Of a stretch of 64,000 nt of DNA, positions 26,778-40,002 are shown in pieces. Location: contig OX597834.1 in NCBI GenBank assembly GCA_951406725.2, positions 17,546,001-17,610,000 of the forward strand, read 5' to 3'. A program made the position numbers and the translations under genes. The notes under the pieces are model-generated. The model had not been told where the DNA came from and did not search any database. It saw only the letters and a program-made list of their open reading frames with translations. This DNA comes from Octopus vulgaris. Taxonomy: Eukaryota. Position 1 is the first letter of the stretch, and every line of letters begins with the position of its first letter.

Positions 26778-28037
26778 CAGTAGTGCAACATTAAGATGAC
26801 TAAGTATGATGAAGGAATAGTGTGTTGATGGTGGGGGATAGATTCATGGACAAACTGCAGTCCACAGGACTTTCTGAATGGCATTCCAACAAAAAACTAC
26901 CATTGGTTTTTTCAGTCATGTGGCTTGTCTGAAAGGGAGTCATGTCTCGTGTGACCTGCTTCTTGTAAAAAGTTGTCCACATCTGGGTTAGAAAAAGTAT
27001 GAAGTAAGGATGGTTGGTAAAAGAGATGGTTGGTGGTGATGCTGTATTACATTGGCGATGGTGGTGATGGTGTGATTGGAAAATGTGTGATGTTTATAGC
27101 CCCTGGTCATACCTTGATTGAGCTGACAAACCAATGGTCAAAGGTGTTCTGGCTATGACCATCCTATCTTATTTTGAGACTCCGTAAATCCAAGACAACA
27201 CTATTCCACAAGCCACTATCTTTCTTTTTTTTAGTTGTGCAGCTTGTCTGAAGGAGAGCCATGTCTCATGTCACCTGCTTCTTGTAAAAGGTTGCTCACA
27301 CCTGGATTAGATAAAATGTGAAGCAGGGGTGGCAGGGAAAAAAGATAATGGATGGTGATGCAGCATTACACTGACCTAGACGGTAACCATCTAACTCTAC
27401 TTTGTGAATCCAAATCTCCACTTCATCTTCCCATTTTGGAATGGATTGCATTTTATGGCTGGATGCCCTTTTCACCATCAACCACACAGATGTGAATACG
27501 TGTGTGTTTGTTTAGTTTTTCTGCAAAGCGCTGATAGTTCAGCTGCTTTTGATGTCTGTCGAGATATTTTTTTGTTCTGAAGGATCATATCATTACTAGC
27601 TCTCCGCTGTTACTTATATTGTTTTATAAACAATAGCTACTGCAATAGTCATAAAAAGAGATTTTAAGATTGGTAATTGAACAGACAATCGGTGTGGTGG
27701 GGGGTAGGGGGGCGGTGGAAGGGGGTGGCCTTGGCCAAAGGTCTAAAAATAGAGCTGCTGCATTAATCAGTGGATAATGTAAAGAGTCAGTGTTTGATGT
27801 GCTCGGCCACTCCCACTTGGTTTGCTTTTGTTCTAATTGAAAAACAAACCTTCTCAAAGTGGTATTGCTGCTAATTTCTTTAATGAGTAATATTGAGAAA
27901 CTTAAGTTGCCTTGAGACAGGTGAATAAATTCATGCATGTGTGTGTTGGCGTGTATGTTTATATATGTGTGCGCGTGTGTTTATACATACATGCATACAT
28001 ACACATGTATGCATGCATATATACACATATACATGCA

Positions 28038-28074
<37 letters not shown>

Positions 28075-29249
28075 GCATTCACACATATATACCACCACAC
28101 ATACAATTACATGCATACACATATATATAAATGCACATATACATGTATACAAACGCAATAACACGCATACACACACACATACACATACTCGTGTGTGTAT
28201 GTGTCTATGCGCAGCCATTTTTTACTAAAATATATCCACCATACTATTATTTTTTTATTGACTGTCTAATAGCAGTTTGTCTAATCCAGCCTCTCTCCAC
28301 CAATGTTACTGCTGCTGTATCTCTTACTATCAATCAAAACAGCATCTTCTTTTTACCTGCCATATTATTGATTGATGACAGCGAAGGTACGTGGCTTAGT
28401 GGTTAGGGCATTTGGTTTAATATCATGAGGTTCTGAGTTCAATTCTTGCCAGTGCATTGTGTGCTTGAGCAAGACACTTTACTTCACATTGCTCCAGTTC
28501 ACTCAGCTAGCAAAAATGTGTTGTACTTGTAATTCAAAGGGTCGGCCTTATCACATTCTTTTCTACTCTAGGCACAAAGCCCAAAATTTTTGTGGAGGGG
28601 GCCAGTCGATTAGATCGACCCCAGTAAGCAACTGGTGCTTGATTTATCGATCCCAGGAGGATAAAAGGCAAAGTCGACCTCGGTGGGATTTGAACTCAGA
28701 ACATAAAGAAAGACGAAATACCACTAAGCATTTTACCTGGTGTGCTAACGTTTCTACTAGCTCGCCATCTTATCAGCCTTGTCACATTGTGTTCACACTG
28801 GATCTCCCTGAGAACTTCATTAAGGGTCTGCGTATCTGTGGAGTACTCAGCCACTTGCATGTTAATTTCATGAGCAGGCTGTTATGTTGATTAGATCAAC
28901 TGGAACACATGTTGTAACTGGCGGAATGGCGATTATTTATTAGCGGTTGATTGGGAGAATATCATTAGATTCATTTGGGGTAAGGGAATTTAGCATTGCA
29001 ATAAACAACAACAACAGAAATAACATTAGCTGTGGCAACAACAACAACAGAAATGGTATCAATAATAGAAACTTCAAAAAACAAAACGGAAAATGGTCCA
29101 ATGGAAGATGTTGACATTGATAAATTGAGTGAAAATGTGGAGAATATCAGTGAAAAGTGAAATGCTTTAAGTAGCACCAGTAGTGAATAGCTAAAGAACA
29201 AAACTAACAACAACAACAGTAGTAAGCCCTATAATGTTGGTAGTCTTGT

Positions 29250-30180
29250 CTTTGCTAATGTGTAAGCATTTGAACACATTTGAACAAATGTTGTTCAATG
29301 GGCTTGAGTGACACAGCTACACTGGGGTCTTTGACAAATTGCAGTGGATGCATAGCATCTGATTGTGTGCAGATAGGTGTATAGGATGTACAGGCGTGTG
29401 CTAAGACTAAGACACCTGCAAAAATTCCTGGATAATCATGATAAGGAACAGGTGTGGTTGTAATTTTGAGATATGCCTTGCTAGAACTCATCTGTTCAAC
29501 TCAGTTTTGTGTCAAGAACAGACCAAGGTTGGGATCATCTGGCTTCTAGAATATTGATCGGCACTTAGTATATCCCACCACCTAAGCCATACATTCAGTG
29601 GGACATCCATCCTATCATTTTATAGGGGATTAGTGGCGGGTTTGCACAACAATAGTCTGTGAACAATTCTGGGTATTGATGAGGACGTTCTGCATGATTT
29701 CAAGTCAGGGATTAAGGGCAACTTCTAAATGTGAAATAGTGCTACAGGGTATGGTGCTAGTTGCAGATAAATTCTATGAACAGAGCAGTGCTGTCATTGT
29801 GGCCCATCCAAGGTGCCCATAGAAGACTAAAGCCATTCTGCATACACTCATTCATTGTCTGAACATTACTAACTTGTGGAGTTATGTCAATCACTTGTTA
29901 CTGTGTGCAGGGTGGTTCCAGCTGTCAGCCAAGACCATTGCAAAAATGGTTCTACTGCCTTCTGTTGGTAAGGAGCCATGGGCAGTTTTCCTCCCTCTGA
30001 TGGCTATGGCAAAAGAGATAGCAAGGTGGATGAGATTGCAAAGACTGAGGACAGACATTCTTCATCTGCCTTTCTCTCACCAACTTGAAAAGGGATGGTG
30101 AGGATGAAGAAGGAAGTGCGCCTTCCAGTAGAGTTCCAATCTCAATTCTCATTCGTAATTTCCTAGCAGGAGGAAGGTAC
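29250..30180 (-). pseudogene. Possible highly decayed LINE ORF2 remnant
   Basis: Higher-GC block with faint traces of GPD.IP, EL...SKL and RPI-like motifs on the minus strand. Confidence 0.3.
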
Positions 30181-30925
30181 TTGCCTTTGTGTTGAAGAAT
30201 TTTAAAGATTTGTGGGGAAGGTCTGTTTTACTTCAGGTAACTGTCTCTCATTATTTCATTTTATTATTTTTTTTTTGTAATTTTTTCTTCTTTTCAATAT
30301 GTACTTTTCCCCCTCAGTGTAACCACTCTGCGCTTTTTCTAAAATTCATCTTTGTAATGTTCTCCTATTCATTGCCCTTGTGACAAATAAAGAAATCAGC
30401 ATCATCATCATCATCATCATCATCATTATTATTGAGGCAGTGAGGTGGCAGAATCATTAGCAAGCTGGGCAAAATTCTTAGCGGCATTTTGTCTGTCTTC
30501 ACGTTCTGAATTCAAATTCTGCCAGGGTTGATTTCTGCCTTTCATCCTTTTGGGGGTCAATAAAATAAGTACCAGTTAAACACTGGGGTTGATGTAATCG
30601 ACTTAATCCTCCTCTGAAATTGCTGGCTTTGTGCCAAAATTTGAAACCATTTTATTACTATTATATTTGCAAATTTCTAGATTTTTTTACGTTCTTGTTT
30701 TGTGACTAAATTTTCTTTCCTCCTCCTCCTCCTCCTGCTGCTCCTCCTCCTGCTGCTCCTCCTCCTGCTGCTCCTCCTCCTCCTACTTATTATTATTTTG
30801 GAAAAAAATGATTTCATATTGTTCTGTGGTTCAAAACTGTTATTCGTCAGATGATCGATGTTTCATCAATAATGATCTTGCAATGATGTGTCATTCTATT
30901 CTATTGAAAAATGTTTATGTTTTAG

Positions 30926-31055
30926 GTCTTGAGAAATCCATTAAGGATTTGAATAGACAGACAGTATCTTTGGATAGATTACAATTGGTGCTGAATGAAG
31001 AAGTGAAGAAAGCTTACAAACGAATTAGTACTGTCTTTGAAGAAATGTATTCTTG
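30926..31055 (+). CDS. SPATS2: SPATS2-like exon 7: [43 protein letters not shown] (DUF1387 coiled coil)
   Basis: ttttag acceptor, TG|gtgagt donor. Resembles SPATS2 NIEKSVKDLQRCTVSL (recalled). Confidence 0.95.
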
Positions 31056-31640
31056 GTGAGTGTTCTTATTACGATTATTAATTGCTTGGTACAAATTTCC
31101 TCTGGCTTTGGCAACTATGGTAGGTGTTTATTAGCCATAGTGAAGGTGCATAGCTCAGGGGTTAGGGTATTCGACTTACAATCGTAAGGTTGTGAGTTCA
31201 ATTCCCAGCAGTGTGTTGTCTCCTTGAGCAAAACACTTTATTTCATGTTGTTCCAGTCCATTCCACTGACAAAAATGAGTTTGTACCTGTATTTCAAAGG
31301 GGCCAGCCTTGTCACATTCTCTGTCACACTGAATCTTCTTGAGAACTACATTAGGGGTACATGTATCTGTGGAGTACTCAACCTGCATATTAATTTCATG
31401 AGTAGGGACTTCTGTTGATTGCATCAGTGACTGGAACACTTGTCATAACTGACATACAAGTATACTGGTATGGCACTGGTTGGTGAGTGGCTGTGTGGTA
31501 AGTAGCTTGCTTACGAACCACATGGTTCTGGGTTCAGTCCTACTGTGTGGAACTTTGGGCAACTGTCTTCTACTATAGCCTTGGGCCGACCAAAGCGTTG
31601 TGAGTGGATTTGGTAGATGGAAACTGAAAGAAGCTTGTCG

Positions 31641-31677
<37 letters not shown>

Positions 31678-33016
31678 ATGTTTATATTTGTCCCCCCCCC
31701 CCCAACATCACTTGACAACTGATGCTGGTGTGTTTACATCCCCGTAACTTAGCGTTTCAGCAAAAGAGGCCAATACAATAAGTACTAGGCTTACAAAGAA
31801 TAAGTCCTGGGATCGATTTGCTTGACTAAAGGCGGTGCTCCAGCATGGCCACAGTCAAATGACTGAAACAAGTAAAAGAGTAACCTAAAATTCATTTATT
31901 CCTAGTCACTGCTTGGCACGTGATCCAGTAGTGCAACTCAGTCACTGATGTTGACTACTTTTTCAGTTAAAGCTACAGCTTTGGAATCTACCCAGGGTTA
32001 TATCTCTTTGGTATTTCCCATTGAGATAGGTTAAAGAGCCAGAACCATGCATCTGGGAATCCACTAGAGGGAAGCACACTGGGCAGGTATGGCATTTGTA
32101 CACCCTTTACCATTAGAGGGAATTTTTTTCTCCATGAATACTGCAGTGAATTTGCTTTTAAAAGTTTATATATGTCACAAACATATTTTAACTAACTTTA
32201 AAAAAAAAAAAAAATTACATAAATTTACTCAAAAAAAAAAATTCATGGTGGTGCCCCAGCATGGCCACAATGACCGAAACAAGTAAAAGCAAGTAAACGA
32301 ATACATACACACACACACATACATACATACGATGAGCTTCTTTCGGTTTCTGTCTACCAAATCCACTAACAAGGCTTTGGTTGGCCGGGGGTTATAGTAG
32401 AAGACACCTGCTCAAGATGGCATGCAGTGGGATTGAACCCAGAACCATGTGGTTGGGAAGCAAAACTTCTTACCTCATAGTCATACCTGCACCTATATAC
32501 AGCAAGCTAATTGCTGATTATTATTGCTTGTTGCTATCAGCTGTATTTTAGTGGATGGTCAGTGGCCCTTTTTGACCAAATCACAGTGAAGCTTACTGGC
32601 TTCTCTCAGCAAAATCATTGTCCAGCTTTTGCTAGGCTTTCTTGACCAAACTATTGTGCTCCTTGCTGGTGGCTGTCTGGTCATACCATAGTGTTGTTTA
32701 CTGATCTCTGTAGGTCATGCCACTGTGATGGTCACTGGCTTCTCTGAACCATATTACAGAGCGCAAGTGCTATGATCTCTATCAGACAAACCACACACAA
32801 CAACAACAACCATCAATTTAGTAATGATCTGGTGTTTCTACTTCGTTACCACTTTTAGATGACGTTTAACATTGATATAATATTACACTTTGAAAATTGT
32901 ATCAACAATAAAGCATGCACGCAAAAATAGATGTGATTATGTCGATTATTACTTCATCAATGTTTCTTTGATTGATTGGAGAATCTCAAATTTCATAGCT
33001 TTTTCCTCAGGTCACA

Positions 33017-33051
33017 GTTTATTGTTATTATTATTATTATTATTGTTATTA

Positions 33052-33103
<52 letters not shown>

Positions 33104-33165
33104 CATTATTATTATTGTTATTATTGTTATTATTATTATCATTATTATTATTATTATTATTATTG

Positions 33166-33204
<39 letters not shown>

Positions 33205-33210
33205 ATTATT
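33017..33210. repeat. (ATT)n microsatellite
   Basis: Directly visible. Confidence 0.99.
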
Positions 33211-33610
33211 CGTTTTGGTGATATACTAAAAAAAAAGCAGCCAGTCTAGCTTTCTATTGTCTTGGCTATCTGCATCGTTTTATATTTGTGTGTGTTAATG
33301 ATTTCTTACATTGGCGTATGAGAACAAGGAGTGGGACTGGAGGAGGGAACGCAGTCTATTAAACCACTCCCCTCCCCCGAATATCCCTGGTACTTTGTTT
33401 TATTGACCTTAGGAGCGATGATAAATAAAGTAGGCTATGGAGAGATTTTGAACTTATAATGTGTAGAGATGAAATTAAATATTTCTCAATTGTCTGGTCA
33501 GGAGTTCAGTCCCACTGTGTGACACCTTGGGTAAGTGTCTGCTACTATAGCATTGAGCTGATCAAAGTCTTGTGAGTAGATTTGGTAGACAGAAATTGAA
33601 CAAGACCCAT

Positions 33611-33669
<59 letters not shown>

Positions 33670-34744
33670 TAATATAGCAATGAAAAAGTTAAATAAGGAA
33701 GGAACACTTCTGATAAAGTCATCATGCATAACTGACACTCTGTCGGTTATGATGACAAGTGTTCCAGTTCATCTGATCAATGGAACAGCCTGCTTTTGAA
33801 ATTGAAGTGCAAGTGGCTGAGTACTCCACACACATGAGTACCCTTGATGTAGTTCTCAGGGATATTCAGTGTGACACAGAATGTGACAATGTAGGACCTT
33901 TGAATTACATGTACAACTCATTTTTGCCAGCTGAGTGGACTGGAGCGATGTGAAATAAAGTGTCTTGCTCAAGGAGACAACACACCACTGGGAATTGAAC
34001 TCATGGCCTTATGAACACGAGCAGAATAGCCTAACCACTAAGCCACATGGCTTCCCTACATACACATCTCTAAGACAACTGACCCATCATAGTTAGAAAG
34101 CCTCTGACCATAGGTCTACAGGATCAGGGTTAACCTATGGCTAAACAGCAATAACTCTTCATAATACATTAATCTGAATAAGAATTGGATTATGATTGTA
34201 TAATCTGCTTATTGTATGTAGGTTATGGTCGGTACATATTAATTCTGTATATGATTTGGTAGCATAAATTATGAGGCTGGCTTTAGAACAAATCAGTGTT
34301 TGCCAATACGGAATCAAATCAGGAAAAATACATCCTGATTTGTTCTGTTAAGTCTTTCCTGACTCCACTCAGTGTGTCACAGATTCTGCTTTATTCTCAA
34401 AACATGATATACTATTGTTATAATTTATGTTCTTTAATTTAGGAAATGAAGTTCTGAATTGTGTAGTCATAATATGTACTTAGAACGGATTTGGTACTGA
34501 CAGTGTACTGCCTGATCAGAAGTATTGTACAATGATATTAGGTGCAGGCACGGCTGTATGGTAAGAGGTTTTGAGTTCAGTCCCACTGCGTGGCACCTGG
34601 GATGAGTGTCTTCTGCTATAGCCCTCGGTATGGGTTGGAAGCAGTTTATTGATGTGGGTTTTGTTTTAGCATTGTTTGTTGAGTTGGTAGATGGAAACTG
34701 AAAGAAGCCTGTTGCTGTGTGTGTGTGTGTGAGTGTGTGAGTGT

Positions 34745-34793
<49 letters not shown>

Positions 34794-35146
34794 TGTTTAC
34801 ATCTCCATAACTTAGTGGTTTGGCAAAAGAGACCAATAGAATAAGCACCAGGATTTGAAAAAAATATAAGTACTGGGGTTGATTTGTTTCACTAAAAATT
34901 CTTCAAGGCATTGCTCCAGCATGGTCGCAGTCTAATGACTGAAACAAGTATAAGATAACAGATGTCCTGAGAATCATGTGGATGTCAGTGTACCCTCCTT
35001 CATTTCCATGAAATCTATAGAATTAATCATTCATTAATAAATAATTTTAATTAGAGTATCTTAAAACAACTCAACTATCTTGTTTGAATCAGTGACAAAT
35101 AACATATTGATTGATTATTTTTTGTTTTTTTGTTTTCCTTCTCCAG

Positions 35147-35205
35147 TCTTAAAGAAAGAGAGTCACAAATGATACAAGAACTGGACAAAGTGAATTTAGA
35201 TGCAG
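35147..35205 (+). CDS. SPATS2: SPATS2-like exon 8: (C)LKERESQMIQELDKVNLDA
   Basis: ctccag acceptor, CAG|gtttgt donor, phase 2->1. Resembles CLMDREVALLAEMDKVKAEA. Confidence 0.93.
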
Positions 35206-36413
35206 GTTTGTCTTTTATATCACATCTTTGTTTATTGCAGCACTTAAGAAGTAACCTAAAGTTACTGAAATCAGAGTCGAACCTATCAACATTCAAAACT
35301 CTTTTGTGACCAGATTTGAAATAAAATATTACATTCCATTCAGAGTTTTCATTTAATTTTTTAAATAATCAATGGTTTTAAGTGGTTTGGTATAGTAATT
35401 AACTTCCTCTACCTGGGCCTCTTTGTCTCATTTTACCCTCCACTGGGCACCTGTGTAATAAAATAAATAGTGGTGGAAGCACTCCGTCGGTTACGACAAC
35501 GATGGCTACACCAGGCTCCAATCTTGATCTGGTAGAGTTCCTACAGCTGGATGCCCTTCCTAACACCAACCACTCCGAGAGTGTAGTGGGTGCTTTTATG
35601 TGCCACCGGCACGAGAGCCAGTCAGGTGGTACTGGTAATGGCCACGCTCAAATGGTGTTTTTTACGTGCAGCACTGACAACGACCGCACTCGAATGGTTT
35701 TTTCACATTCCACTGGCACAAGTGCCAGTAAGGCGATGCTGGTAACGATCACACTCAAATGGTGCTTTTTACATGCCACCAGCATGGAAGCCAGTTAGCT
35801 GCTTTGGCAACAATCACGCTCGGATGGTGCTCTTAGCGTTTCACTAGAACGGATGCCAGTCATTGAATTTGATTTCGATTTCAATTTATTAAAGCAGTTC
35901 ACTTTATCTTAGGAAAATAAGTTAATAAAGGTTTTGTTTTAGGTAAAATGAAAATGGGAGGTTTTAATTTAAATATTTAACACTTCAAAACTAGCATTTC
36001 TACATCCATCTTTTTGTTACCAACTATCAACTGAATAATATGGTTTTTGCTATTTATTTTGTGTGTGTGTGTGTGTGTGTGTGTTTTAATGAGGAGCTAG
36101 AGAAAAGGCAATTATCTTTCCCTTTGGCCATCAACTTATTGAGGGCGATGTCAGTAGGTTAACTCCCCTGATGAAGTCAAGTCCTACTTGCTTTACTTTA
36201 TACATGTTTCATCTTGTCAGTGGTCATATGCTTGTCTCAAAACTTAAGCCACGTCATCTTAAGTTCATGCTATACATCTGTGGTGAAATTGTGACGGGCT
36301 CAGAAATAAACCGAATAACTACAGATAAATTGAATAACTGATGTACACACATAAGATGTAAGAATTAAAAACTAGCTTCCCATTTTTGATGTTAACAATT
36401 TCATGTTTTAAAT

Positions 36414-36623
36414 CAGTGGTTCTCAACCATTTTTTTACCTATGGACCCCTTTGATTCCTATTTTGTTGCTTTAAAAAATCCTATTATATTTTTATCACCA
36501 AATATTATTAAGGAATTGTATAAAAAGTAGTTAAAATGTTTTGTGTATTGTTGAAGTGTAACCAATTTATTGCTCATAAACTTTAACATCAAAAGCTTGT
36601 ATGGACCCTTTTGAGAACCACTG
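36414..36623. mobile_element. hAT (Charlie-like) MITE with perfect 8-bp TSD
   Basis: TTTTAAAT|CAGTGGTTCTCAA...TTGAGAACCACTG|TTTTAAAT. Confidence 0.92.
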
Positions 36624-36705
36624 TTTTAAATGAAACCAGCTTAATTTCCTTTACCATAACTAAAACAATGCTAAAACAGTAGACATGTCTGGATTTTTTT
36701 TGCAG

Positions 36706-36815
36706 AAGATATTATAAAACAGCGAAAACAGAAGGCAGCTGATTTGAAGGTACAGATTGATCGAGCTCAACAGATGAAAGATAGTGAAGTTGCTGAACTG
36801 AGAAGTCAAATTAAG
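36706..36815 (+). CDS. SPATS2: SPATS2-like exon 9: EDIIKQRKQKAADLKVQIDRAQQMKDSEVAELRSQIK
   Basis: tttgcag acceptor, AAG|gtttgt donor, phase 1->0. Resembles RQKKAE.LK...QMSE.QLVELRADIK. Confidence 0.93.
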
Positions 36816-38381
36816 GTTTGTAAACAGAAACTGAAAGAAGCCCATTGCTCGTGCATGTGTGTGTGTATATATATATATGTATATGTGTGTGTTTGTCTGT
36901 ATTTGTCCCCTACCACTACTTGGCAACTGATGTCAGGAGACAACACACCACTGGGAATTGAACTCATGGCTTTGGATACGTTTGTTGTCCTCTTCATTCT
37001 GAGGATTTTATCTTTCTTGTATCAAGATTATTCTTGGAGATATGTTATTGGTTGAAAAGAGTTTTGGCTGTTATTTGACTCGATTGGTTGTCAGCTCACC
37101 AGTTAAGTTTGCATGGAGATGAGCTCTTCTAAAATTAACTTGATGACAATACTCTGTCCTTTGAATATGGACTGACTGTGTGGCAAGAAGTTTGCTTCTC
37201 AAACACATGGTCTTAGTTTAGTCCCACTGTGTGCCATCTTGGGCAAGTGTCTTCTATTGTAACCTAAAGCTGACCAAAGCCTTGTGAGTGGATTTGATAG
37301 ATGGAAACTGAGAGGAGTCCATTGTAGAAAAGCCCCTGTGCCAGCATCATGTAAAAGAGCACTTGTGCTGGCACCATATAAAAAGGTATCCGTGCTGGTG
37401 CCACATAGAAAAGCACCTATGCTGGTGCCATATAAAAGAGTACCTATGCTGAGACACTTAAAAAGCACCAAGTGTACTCTGTAAAGTGGTTGAGATCAGG
37501 AAGAGCACCCAGCTGTAAAAACCAAGCCAAAACGGACGACTGGAACCTGGTGCAGCTCTCTGGCTTGCCAGCTCCTGCCAAACCATTCAACCCATCTCAA
37601 CGTGGAAAACAGACATTAAATAGTGATGATATATATATATGTATATATACATTTACATATGTATGTATATGTGTACGCATGTGTGTGTATTACTGTCTCC
37701 TTGTGTAGATATCATGTGATAATTGTAAATGAATGTTACCAACATCCAAGCAGTGTCTTTTGCTTTAATCTTTTGTGAAAGCATTTCTGGTGTTGAAGAA
37801 TATTGCCTTACTTGGAAACACGTGAGGGTTGGCAACAGGAAGAACATCAGGTTGGAGAAAAATCTACCTTGTGAAATTCTGTCTGACCCATGCAAGCATG
37901 GAAAAGTGAGCATTAATATGATGATAATGATGTTCTTTATTAGGTAAGGCGGTGAGCTGGCAGAACCGTTAGCACGCTGGGCGAAATGTGTAGCCGTATT
38001 TTGTCTGCCGTTACGTTTTGGGTTCAAATTCCGCCGAGGTCGACTTTGCCTTTCATCCTTTCGGGGTCGATAAATTAAGTATCAGTTACGCTCTAGGGTC
38101 GATGTAATCAACTTAATCCGTTTGTCTGTCCTTGTTTGTCCCCTCTGTGTTTAGCCCCTTGTGGGCAGTAAAGAAACAGGTCAGGTAAAATACAGAACCT
38201 GGACAATTAATCCATGGAAGGTTCCATGGATGATGACCTTGATATGTTCATTTGATATGGAGAATGAAAAAAAAAATAACAGTTTGTATCCTTGTCTTTT
38301 ATTTGAGAGTGAGAAAGATAGAAATGGTGCTGCTGTTTGGCTGTGGGCATTTCACCTGACTGGCTGTCTTTGTATTTGCAG

Positions 38382-38462
38382 GAATTTGTAAGTTTCAGAC
38401 GGATTGATGAGGATATTGGTCGGAGCACGCGGTTCCACTATGATTCTGATCATCTGAAAAAT
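38382..38462 (+). CDS. SPATS2: SPATS2-like exon 10: EFVSFRRIDEDIGRSTRFHYDSDHLKN
   Basis: tttgcag acceptor, AAT|gtaagt donor. Resembles HFVSERKYDEDLGRVARFTCD. Confidence 0.93.
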
Positions 38463-38535
38463 GTAAGTGAAATTTCAGTGGTATACATAAAAGGCAGTGA
38501 AGACAAGAGAACTTCAGCCGATCAGACTCAATATT

Positions 38536-39096
38536 TTGGTAAAACTACAAATGTGTGCCCCTTTGCTGACTTTGTTTCCTCATAACTTTCTGGAAAATTG
38601 ATATTTTTAATTAAACATTTTCAATAAATATATTTCTGAGGGTGTACATTACAATTATGTCAAAGTTTTATGTGTAAAAATTTATGCATGTGTGTGTGTG
38701 TGTGTGTGAGGGGGGTTAAATAATTTACACACCTCATCAAAATGTGTGAGGAAATAAAGTCTAGGTGTGTGACTTACCTGACTTGATTCCCAAATTTTTT
38801 TCATTTACATCAAATTCCAACATCATCATTATATACACCCTCTAAAACTTATTTGTAGAAAATTTTATTTAAAAATATTTAGTTTTCAGGAAGCTATGCG
38901 GAAACAAACTGAGGTGTGTGGTCTATCTGAAACTCCTTTCCATCCCTCTGAAAGTGTTATTCACTACAAACTCCCATGCATCTTTGATGTACACCACCTA
39001 AAATGTATCTCTGGAAAATTTCATTAAAAAAAAAACATCTGTTTTTCAGAAAGTTATTAAGGAAGTCAGTGGGGCATATATCTGTAGTTATGCCAA
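38536..39096. mobile_element. Fold-back/MITE-like element with about 110-bp degenerate inverted arms
   Basis: TTGGTAAAACTACAAAT...GGTGTACAT is the reverse complement of ATGTACACC...TGTAGTTATGCCAA; a third arm-like copy lies at about 38830-38910. Confidence 0.7.
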
Positions 39097-39465
39097 TGTT
39101 TTATCTCAATGGTTTGTGTCATAGGAATGAAAAGTAAGCTTTTCATGAGTCAAATGTATGAACTTGTTTCAGTTCCCTTTTATAGGCAAATATAATTCCA
39201 CTGTTAAACATTAATTACTTATCTTGTTCTCTTTCTCATCTCTTAACATCATGCCTTTTGCTCTCTCTCTCCTTTCATTTCTGTCTCACCCTTGTCTTCT
39301 CTTCCTTTTTCTCCACCCCTCCCTTCTACAATTCTGCATTTCCTTATAAAGAAATTTCATCCGCCTTCTATAAATATTTGGAATGAAAAATTTTTGACTT
39401 AACTATTTGGTCAGACTTACTTTTTAAATAAATTCATCACCTTTTCTTTTTCTGTTTTATTTCAG

Positions 39466-39487
39466 GAGATTAACAAATTTGGGGAAA
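39466..39487 (+). CDS. SPATS2: SPATS2-like exon 11, 22-nt microexon: EINKFGE
   Basis: Polypyrimidine tract plus tttcag, AAA|gtaagt donor. Bridges phase 0 to phase 1 and supplies the conserved I..FG. motif. Confidence 0.88.
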
Positions 39488-39712
39488 GTAAGTATCTAGT
39501 GTTATTTTTTTATCACTTAGATACACACACAAACACACATAAAAAATTATTTCTCAGAAGATAAGTGGCTCATTTGCTACACACATATATATATATATCA
39601 TATGATTATGTGATCAAACAGACTATCAGATGTCGTTATACATTGATGGTCACAATGCACTTTGCATCGTTTAGCTTTTGCATGAAGCTATCCTGCTAGT
39701 TAGGGTAGCAAG

Positions 39713-39896
39713 CCGCATTTCAATATACATTCACTATAAATACACGTTGTGCTGAAATTGAGGAAAGCGAGCCAGCAGAATTTTAAAAAAAAGTTTGTTA
39801 TTTCTATATTGAATTAATTTAAAAAAAATTCTGTTGGCTCGCTTTCCTCAATTTCAGCATGACATGTATTTATAGTGAATATATATTGAAATGTGG
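39713..39896. repeat. Long inverted repeat: 72-bp arms, 6 transitions, about 40-nt spacer
   Basis: Arms 39713-39784 and 39825-39896 aligned by eye. Confidence 0.93.
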
Positions 39897-39968
39897 AAAT
39901 TGACGATTTAAAGTCTGTTCTCAGCATATTGGCATTGGAATAATTTTCTATTGCCCTTGTTTATAAGT

Positions 39969-40002
<34 letters not shown>

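Noticed and set aside
32890-33249. Poly-Leu/poly-Ile membrane-like ORFs
   Set aside because: Translation of an (ATT)n microsatellite
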